The notes beneath the pieces are model-generated. The model did no database searches. It was given only the letters and a program-made list of their open reading frames with translations, and was not told the DNA's origin. Shown in pieces: positions 19,180 to 25,323 of a DNA stretch of 57,759 nucleotides; position 1 is the stretch's first letter; every line of letters starts with the position of its first letter. This stretch comes from an uncultured Oscillospiraceae bacterium (GTDB lineage: Bacteria > Bacillota > Clostridia > Oscillospirales > Acutalibacteraceae): assembly GCA_902478455.1 (NCBI GenBank), contig CABSLJ010000001.1, positions 1 to 57,759 on the forward strand, in the 5' to 3' direction. Both the position numbers and the translations under genes were made by a program.

Positions 19180-21429
19180 ATGCCCCCCAGAAAGAAAAAA
19201 CCGGACGAGGCCAAACAGCCGCCCCTTTCGCAGGCGCACGGCGTCATCGAGGGCGCGGGAGAGATCGTCGACCAGCCGATCATCAGCACCCTCGAGCAGA
19301 ACTACATGCCCTACGCGATGAGCGTCATCCTGTCGCGCGCCATCCCGGAGATCGACGGCTTCAAGCCCAGCCACCGCAAGCTGCTCTACACCATGTACAA
19401 GATGGGACTGTTAAACAGCGGGAGAACCAAATCGGCCAACATCGTCGGTCAGACCATGAAGCTGAATCCCCACGGTGACGCCGCCATCTACGACACCATG
19501 GTCCGTTTAAGCCGTGGCTATGAGGCGCTGCTGCACCCCTTTGTCGATTCCAAGGGCAATTTCGGCAAGTTTTATTCGCGCGATATGGCCTGGGCCGCCT
19601 CCCGTTACACCGAGGCCAAGCTCGACGCCATCTGCCAGGAGCTCTTTCGCGACATCGACAAGGACACCGTCGATTTCGTCGATAATTACGACAATACCTT
19701 AAAGGAGCCCACTCTGCTCCCGGCGAGCTTCCCGTCGGTGCTGGTCAACGCCAACACGGGCATCGCCGTCGGCATGGCGAGCTCGATTTGCTCCTTCAAC
19801 CTCCGCGAGGTCTGCCAGACCACCGTCGCCCTCATGCGCGACCCGGAGCACGACATCGCCTCCACGCTGCTCGCGCCCGACTTCACCGGCGGAGGACAGA
19901 TTCTCTACGACCGCACCGCGCTCGACACTATCTACCGCACCGGCCGCGGCGGCATCAAAGTCCGCGCCCGCTATACCTACGATGCCTCGGCCAACTGCAT
20001 CGATGTTTCCAGCATCCCGCCGACGACCAGCGTCGAGGCCATCATCGAAAAAGTCATCGAGCTGGTCAAGCAGGGAAAATGCAAGGAAATCGCCGATATC
20101 CGCGACGAAACCGGCCTCGACGGCCTCAAGATCACCATCGACCTCAAGCGCGGCGTCGACCCGGACAGGCTGATGCAGCGTCTTTACCGCATGACCCCGC
20201 TGGAAGACACCTTCTCCTGCAACTTCAACGTCCTCATCGTCGGCGTCCCCCGCGTGATGGGCGTGCGGGAGCTTTTGGAGGAATGGGTGGCCTTCCGCAT
20301 TGAATGCGTCCGCCGCAGAACCCATTTCGACCTCGTCAAAAAGCAGGAAAAGCTGCACCTGCTCAAGGGCCTTCAGCGCATCCTGCTGGACATCGACAAG
20401 GCCATCGCCATCGTGCGCGGCACGGAAGAGGAGAGCGAGGTCGTTCCCAACCTCATGATCGGCTTCGGCATCGACCAAATCCAGGCCGAATATGTCGCCG
20501 AGATCAAACTGCGCCATTTAAACCGGGAATATATCCTCAACCGCATCGCCGAGATCGAAGCCCTCGAAAAGGAGGTCGCCGAGCTTCAGGGCATCCTCGG
20601 CAGCAAGGCGAAGGTCAAATCGATCATCATCTCCGAGCTACAGGAGGTCGAACGCAAGTACGGCCAGCCGAGAAAGAGCATGCTGATCTATCCCGATGAA
20701 ATCGAGGAGGCCGAGGAGATCGAGGAAATTCCCGATTATCCCGTCCATCTCTTCTTCACGGAGGAGGGCTATTTCAAAAAGATCACCCCTCTCTCCCTGC
20801 GCATGAGCGGAGAGCAGAAGCTCAAGGAAGGCGACAGAATCGCCCAGGCGGTGGAAACCACCAACAATACCGACCTGCTCTTCTTCTCCAGCCGCTGCCA
20901 GGTCTACAAGGCCAAAGCCTCCGATTTCCCGGACACCAAGGCCAGCGTTCTGGGCGATTACATCCCCGCCCGGCTGGGCATGGAGGAGGGGGAGACGGCC
21001 GTGTTCATGGCTGTCACCAGGGAGTACGACGGCTACATGCTCTTCTTCTTTGAAAACGGCAAGCTCGCCAAGGTGGATATGAACGCCTACGCCACCAAGA
21101 CCAACCGCAAAAAGCTCACCGGCGCGTACAGCGACAAATCGCCCCTTGTTTCAGCCGTCTACGTCCACAATGATCTGGAATGCCTGCTGACCGCCTCCTC
21201 CGGCCGGATGCTTCTGGTGCACACCGGAGCGGTCGCTCCAAAGTCGACCCGCAACACCCAGGGCGTGGCGGTCATGACCCTGAAGCGCGGCCACCGGCTG
21301 CTTTCCGCCGAACCCTATGCCGAGGACCGCTTCGCCAAGCCCAACCGCTACCGCACCAAGACGTTGCCGGCCGCCGGCGCGCTGCCCGCCGCGGAGGATA
21401 CCTCCGGCGAGCAGCTGACCATGGAATAA
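19180..21429 (+). CDS. type IIA DNA topoisomerase subunit A (ParC-like, no GyrA box seen)
   Basis: 749 aa. Contains MPYAMSVILSRAIPEIDGFKPSHRKLLY, HPHGD-like NPHGDAAIYD, and the catalytic Tyr context AASRYTEAKL. The beta-pinwheel CTD is short, and I could not find a QRRGGKG-type GyrA box. Confidence 0.85.
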   Translation: MPPRKKKPDEAKQPPLSQAHGVIEGAGEIVDQPIISTLEQNYMPYAMSVILSRAIPEIDGFKPSHRKLLYTMYKMGLLNSGRTKSANIVGQTMKLNPHGDAAIYDTMVRLSRGYEALLHPFVDSKGNFGKFYSRDMAWAASRYTEAKLDAICQELFRDIDKDTVDFVDNYDNTLKEPTLLPASFPSVLVNANTGIAVGMASSICSFNLREVCQTTVALMRDPEHDIASTLLAPDFTGGGQILYDRTALDTIYRTGRGGIKVRARYTYDASANCIDVSSIPPTTSVEAIIEKVIELVKQGKCKEIADIRDETGLDGLKITIDLKRGVDPDRLMQRLYRMTPLEDTFSCNFNVLIVGVPRVMGVRELLEEWVAFRIECVRRRTHFDLVKKQEKLHLLKGLQRILLDIDKAIAIVRGTEEESEVVPNLMIGFGIDQIQAEYVAEIKLRHLNREYILNRIAEIEALEKEVAELQGILGSKAKVKSIIISELQEVERKYGQPRKSMLIYPDEIEEAEEIEEIPDYPVHLFFTEEGYFKKITPLSLRMSGEQKLKEGDRIAQAVETTNNTDLLFFSSRCQVYKAKASDFPDTKASVLGDYIPARLGMEEGETAVFMAVTREYDGYMLFFFENGKLAKVDMNAYATKTNRKKLTGAYSDKSPLVSAVYVHNDLECLLTASSGRMLLVHTGAVAPKSTRNTQGVAVMTLKRGHRLLSAEPYAEDRFAKPNRYRTKTLPAAGALPAAEDTSGEQLTME

Positions 21430-21477
21430 TGGGGAGCGATCCCGCTTGTCCAAACGAAACAGGCCGCCCTTTTTCTT

Positions 21478-21740
21478 GCATTCCCCCGGAATGCGTCCCG
21501 ATGCGCTCATGCCGCGCGGGGCTTTTTCCCGCTTCGGCGGGGGATGATGTCAGGGGATTTCTCCGGTTCCCCTGCCCTGTTTCATGCATTCCCCTGGAAT
21601 GCGATTGTATGCGCTCATGCCGCGCGGGGCTTTTTCCTGCTTCGGCGGGGGATGATGTCAGGGGATTTCTCCGGTTCCCCTGCCCTGCTTCATGCATTCC
21701 CCTGGAATGCGGTTGTATGCGCTCATGCCGCGCGGGCAGT
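21478..21740. repeat. tandem repeat, 108-bp unit, about 2.4 copies
   Basis: Units start at 21478, 21586 and 21694, each beginning with GCATTCCCC(C/T)GGAATGCG. Copies 1 and 2 are near-identical. Copy 3 diverges after GCCGCGCGGG into the long inverted-repeat arm. Confidence 0.9.
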
Positions 21741-21947
21741 TTCTTCTTTTGCTGGTGCAAAAGAAGAAACCAAGAAAAGCACCTTCGGACCGGCTTACGT
21801 GTACGCTGCGCGTACAAAATGCCGGTCCGATGCTTCCCCGGAAGTTCAGGTGCAATGGGGTCGGCCAGGTGTAAACCGGAGGAATGAAGCCCGACTCCAT
21901 TGCCGAAGCGACTGCTCTACGCGGCGTTGCCGACACCCCGTGGTTTT
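21713..21947. repeat. left arm of a long imperfect inverted repeat
   Basis: From TTGTATGCGCTCATGCCGCGCGGGCAG to CCCCGTGGTTTT. It matches the reverse complement of 22757-23055 in three conserved blocks separated by a variable insert. Confidence 0.85.
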
Positions 21948-22043
21948 AGAAACACACCCGGGAAAGATCAGAATCAGGTGTGCCTGGTTTCAGCTTTTGA
22001 TTCAACAGGCCGCCTTTGTGTTTTTTTGCTCTGCAAATGCCCT

Positions 22044-22337
22044 CTATGCCAGCACGCCGACATTCTTGAGCAGCCAAACGCAGTCTTTAAAACCCTGACG
22101 GTAAAGAAGCTCTGTTTCATGCTCGGCGGCTGTGCCCAACTCGAGAAGCACTTCGTCCACCATATCCTTCTCGTCTTTTGTCAGATTGGTGCTGAGCATT
22201 TCATCCAGATATTCTTGCCTCACGCTTCGGTACTCATATTCCTTTGTGCCCTTAAGTCCTTCTAATGCGCAAGAGAGTAAATTTCCCAAAAACTCGTTCC
22301 ATTCTTCATTTCTGTTCATAACTTTCATTCCTTTCAA
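22044..22337 (-). CDS. small acidic helical protein of unknown function (91-97 aa)
   Basis: ORF 22044..22337(-). The likely start is ATG 22319 or 22328, after AAAGGA. The protein ends in LYRQGFKDCVWLLKNVGVL. It has no TM segment and no recognisable catalytic motif, and it sits in AT-richer DNA. Confidence 0.55.
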   Translation of the reverse strand: MKGMKVMNRNEEWNEFLGNLLSCALEGLKGTKEYEYRSVRQEYLDEMLSTNLTKDEKDMVDEVLLELGTAAEHETELLYRQGFKDCVWLLKNVGVLA

Positions 22338-22460
22338 AGCTCAGTCAACCCTTGAAAGAATTTGCAGCGCATGGTATGATATTTACGCTGTAACTGTCTT
22401 TCAGACGGTTGCTGTGTGGGGGAAGCGGCTTTTCTTTTGAGAGATGGGAGCCGCTTCCTT

Positions 22461-22649
22461 TCATTTTTCTTTGAAATTGCTCAGCTTGGCATATAAAATG
22501 TCAATGCCTTCCCTCACAATTTCTGACCGCGATTTTCCTGTAATCCTACAACAAAAATCAAGCCGTTTCAGTTCGTCTGCTGTCATTTTTGTTTCAACAC
22601 GCATTTGTCTTGGATTGTCAGAACGCGGCCTTCCTGTTCTCGGACTCAA
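22461..22649 (-). CDS. ribbon-helix-helix (CopG/Arc-like) DNA-binding protein
   Basis: 62 aa with a TTG start after GAGGTG. GRPRSDNPRQMRVETKMTADELKRLDFCCRITGKSRSEIVREGIDILY fits the RHH pattern (beta strand, then two helices). Confidence 0.65.
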   Translation of the reverse strand: MSPRTGRPRSDNPRQMRVETKMTADELKRLDFCCRITGKSRSEIVREGIDILYAKLSNFKEK

Positions 22650-22667
22650 TCCATCACCTCACTTTTC

Positions 22668-22708
22668 ATCCGTATATAAATTATATTTTTATACGGATAA
22701 AAAGTCAA
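22668..22708 (-). promoter_or_regulatory. consensus promoter with overlapping palindromic operator for the RHH cassette
   Basis: Minus strand: TTGACT (22708-22703), 17 nt, TATAAT (22685-22680). The inverted repeat ATCCGTATA (22668-22676) / TATACGGAT (22690-22698) brackets the -10. Confidence 0.7.
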
Positions 22709-22756
22709 TAGAAAACACAAAATTTTAATTCACTTTTGTATCTCAATCGATTTCCT

Positions 22757-23055
22757 AAATCCACGGGGCATCGGTAGATATACGTAGAGCAGCCACTTCG
22801 GCAATGGGGTCGGGCTTTATTCCCCTGGTTTACACCTGGCCGACCCCATTGCACCTGAGCTGCCGGGGAAGCACCGGACCGGCGGTCGTTGCACGACGGC
22901 ACACGCCTGCGGCGCGACTCTCTTGGAGAGATACAGTAAATGACTTGTTTACTGATTCTTTTTGAGAGGCTCACCGGAGGTGCGTACCGTTGTGTAACAA
23001 CCTTCTTTTGCACCAGCAAAAGAAGAACCTGCCCGCGTGGCACGAGCGCATACAA
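22757..23055. repeat. right arm of the long imperfect inverted repeat
   Basis: The reverse complement reads TTGTATGCGCTCGTGCCACGCGGGCAGGTTCTTCTTTTGCTGGTGCAAAAGAAGG ... CCGGTCCGGTGCTTCCCCGGCAGCTCAGGTGCAATGGGGTCGGCCAGGTGTAAACCAGGGGAATAAAGCCCGACCCCATTGCCGAAG ... CCCCGTGGATTT. Confidence 0.85.
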
Positions 23056-23059
23056 TCTC

Positions 23060-23113
23060 TTGACAAACCCAGTGTTACGATTATAATTGATATATCAACT
23101 ATTGATATATCAA
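23060..23113 (+). promoter_or_regulatory. marR-operon promoter plus duplicated palindromic operator
   Basis: TTGACA (23060-23065), 16 nt, TATAAT (23082-23087). Two copies of the 12-bp palindrome TTGATATATCAA lie at 23087-23098 and 23102-23113. Confidence 0.7.
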
Positions 23114-23128
23114 GAAGGAATGGGATGG

Positions 23129-23572
23129 ATGGAACGCACCTTTCACATGCTGCTCTACCGCGCTTTTCACGCACAGCGGAAATATTTGCGCCGGTGCATG
23201 GCGGAAATCGGACTGGGCGCGGGGCAGCCGAAGCTGATTTCCTATCTTGCGGCGCATGGCCCCTGCCGGCAGCGGGAGATGGCGGATTATTTTGAGGTGG
23301 ACCCGGCTGCGGTCTCCCGGATGCTGGAAACGCTGCAAAAGGGCGGCTTCGTCACGCGGCGCACGGACGGGCAGAGCCGGCGCTGCGATTTGGTCGAACT
23401 CACCCCCAAGGGGAGGCAGGCCAACGAGGCGTGGCAGCAGCGCTGCCGGGAGATGGAGAGCGTCATGCTGCGTGACTTTCCTCCCGGGGATCGGGAGCGC
23501 TTCGCGGCCTATCTGGCGCGCGCCTACCAGAATCTTCGGGCGTGGGAGGAGGAGCACCCGTGCGGGATTTAA
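23129..23572 (+). CDS. MarR-family transcriptional regulator
   Basis: Lies in ORF 23087..23572. The winged HTH is GQPKLISYLAAHGPCRQREMADYFEVDPAAVSRMLETLQKGGFVTR. The start is ATG 23129 (or 23120) after AGAAGGA. Confidence 0.85.
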   Translation: MERTFHMLLYRAFHAQRKYLRRCMAEIGLGAGQPKLISYLAAHGPCRQREMADYFEVDPAAVSRMLETLQKGGFVTRRTDGQSRRCDLVELTPKGRQANEAWQQRCREMESVMLRDFPPGDRERFAAYLARAYQNLRAWEEEHPCGI

Positions 23573-25323
23573 AAACGCTTTTGCGCTATCTGGGACCCTA
23601 TCGCAGGGACCTGTTGATCGGGGCGCTGCTGGTGCTGGTGGAAACCGCGTTTGAGCTGGTCATCCCCGTGCTGATGGCCGACCTCATCGACGTTGGCGTG
23701 GCGAACCGCGACATCGGCCATATCCTGACGCAGGGCGCGCTGATGGGACTGTGCGCCCTGTTTTCGCTGGCCACCGGCCTGCTGTACGCCCGGTTTGCCG
23801 CCCGCGCCGCCTACGGCTGGGGCGCGCGCATCCGGGAGGCCCAGTATGAAAAGGTGCAGCAATACGCCTTTTCCAATCTGGACCATTTCGACAGCTCCTC
23901 TCTCGTCACCCGCATGACCACCGACGTGACCGTGCTGCAAAACGCCGTCAACGGCGGACTGCGTCCGCTGGTTCGCAGTCCTGTGATGTTCTTGATGGGC
24001 TTGGGGCTCTCCTTCTGGATGAACCCGCAGCTCGCGCTGGTGTTTGTCGTGTGCGCCCCGGTTCTGGCGGTGATCCTCGTCTGGGTGGTCCGCAAGGTGG
24101 CTCCCATGTACGGCCGCCTGCAAAAGGCGGTGGACCGCCTCAATCACGTGGTGCAGGAGGGACTTACCGCCATTCGGGCGGTCAAGGCCTTTGTCAGGGG
24201 AAAATATGAGGAAGAGAAATTCCAGGGGATCAATGAACAGCTGATGGCGACCAGCCAGAAGACCTTCCACTACGCCGTGCTGAACCTGCCCGCCTTCCAG
24301 CTGACCATGTATCTTTCCATTGTGCTCATCATGTGGTTTGGCGGAAATATGATCCTGAATTCTCAGCTTCAGGTGGGAGAACTCACCGGCTTTTTGAGCT
24401 ATGTTCTGCAGGTGATGAATTCCCTGATGATGATCACCAACGTCTTTCTGCTGCTGACCCGTTCCCTCGCCAGCGCCCGGCGCGTCGCCGAAGTGCTGGA
24501 GGAGGAGATCGTCCTCACCTCTCCGGAGCATGCGGTTATGGAGGTACCCGACGGCGACATCGATTTTGAGGGGGTCTCCTTCAAATACCGCCCGGAGGCA
24601 AAGGAATACGCTCTTTCGGATGTCAATCTCCACATCCGGCCGGGGCAGACGGTGGGGATTCTGGGCGGTACCGGCTCGGCCAAGACTACCCTTGTTCAGC
24701 TCATTCCCCGCCTGTACGACGTTACCGAGGGGAGCGTCCGGGTGGGGGGCCGGGATGTGCGCGAGTATGACCTTCAGACACTGCGGGACGCGGTTGGCAT
24801 CGTCTTGCAGAAGAATGTGCTGTTTTCCGGTACTGTGCGGGAAAATCTCCTCTGGGGCGACCCGGACGCCGACGACGAAACCCTCTGGGCAGCCTGCGAA
24901 GCGGCCTGCGCCGACGAATTCCTCAAACGGATGCCCGGCGGCCTGGACGCCGACCTCGGGCAAGGGGGCGTCAATGTGTCCGGCGGGCAGAAGCAGCGCC
25001 TGTGCATTGCCCGTACCCTGCTCAAGCGTCCGCGGATTCTGATTTTCGACGATTCCACCAGCGCGGTGGACACCGCAACCGAGGGGAAAATTCGTGCCGC
25101 CCTCGCCAAGCGCACCGACGTAACCAAAATCATCATCGCTCAGCGCGTCACCTCTGTTATGGGCACCGATCAGATCGTCATTCTGGACGACGGCCGCATC
25201 CACGCTGTGGGAACTCATGAGGAGCTGCTGGCGCACGATGAGATTTATCAGGAGATTTACGCGTCTCAGATGAAAGGAGGGGAAGCGTATGGCGGCACGT
25301 CAGCTCAGTGCGAAGAAGCCTAA
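23560..25323 (+). CDS. ABC exporter, fused permease/ATPase (type I exporter half-transporter A)
   Basis: GTG 23560 follows GGGAGGAGGAG. It has a six-TM ABC_membrane domain, Walker A (GGTGSAKTT), the signature VSGGQKQR, and Walker B (ILIFDDSTS). Confidence 0.9.
   Translation: MRDLKTLLRYLGPYRRDLLIGALLVLVETAFELVIPVLMADLIDVGVANRDIGHILTQGALMGLCALFSLATGLLYARFAARAAYGWGARIREAQYEKVQQYAFSNLDHFDSSSLVTRMTTDVTVLQNAVNGGLRPLVRSPVMFLMGLGLSFWMNPQLALVFVVCAPVLAVILVWVVRKVAPMYGRLQKAVDRLNHVVQEGLTAIRAVKAFVRGKYEEEKFQGINEQLMATSQKTFHYAVLNLPAFQLTMYLSIVLIMWFGGNMILNSQLQVGELTGFLSYVLQVMNSLMMITNVFLLLTRSLASARRVAEVLEEEIVLTSPEHAVMEVPDGDIDFEGVSFKYRPEAKEYALSDVNLHIRPGQTVGILGGTGSAKTTLVQLIPRLYDVTEGSVRVGGRDVREYDLQTLRDAVGIVLQKNVLFSGTVRENLLWGDPDADDETLWAACEAACADEFLKRMPGGLDADLGQGGVNVSGGQKQRLCIARTLLKRPRILIFDDSTSAVDTATEGKIRAALAKRTDVTKIIIAQRVTSVMGTDQIVILDDGRIHAVGTHEELLAHDEIYQEIYASQMKGGEAYGGTSAQCEEA

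Noticed and set aside
5700-21429. Replication origin, given that dnaB and gyrase-like genes are nearby.
   Set aside because: - There is no dnaA or dnaN gene and no cluster of TTATCCACA-type boxes.
- The gyrase-like genes look like a second (ParCE-like) pair.
- The gene order matches non-origin Bacillus-type blocks.
21478-21740. Possible CRISPR array.
   Set aside because: - The 108-bp units are directly abutting, with no unique spacers.
- The unit is far longer than CRISPR repeats.
- There are no cas genes in the window.
21180-22098. ORFs 21180-21887(+), 21272-21817(-), 21544-22098(+) and 22705-23055(-), which run through the tandem and inverted repeats.
   Set aside because: - Their translations are repeat-derived Cys/Arg/Pro-rich strings, such as MRSCRAGLFPASAGDDVRGFLRFPCP repeated.
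- They lack an RBS and cross repeat boundaries.
- They are better explained as non-coding structured DNA or RNA.
21713-23055. The arms as copies of a known RNA family (SRP RNA, cobalamin or c-di-GMP-II riboswitch, RNase P, tmRNA, group II intron domain V).
   Set aside because: - I could not find the invariant cores of these families. Examples are the GGAAGCAGCC-type SRP helix 8, the B12 box, GAGGAAAGUCC and the tmRNA tag/TPsiC arm.
- The similarities are limited to short GC-rich strings.
- This needs cmscan to be definitive.
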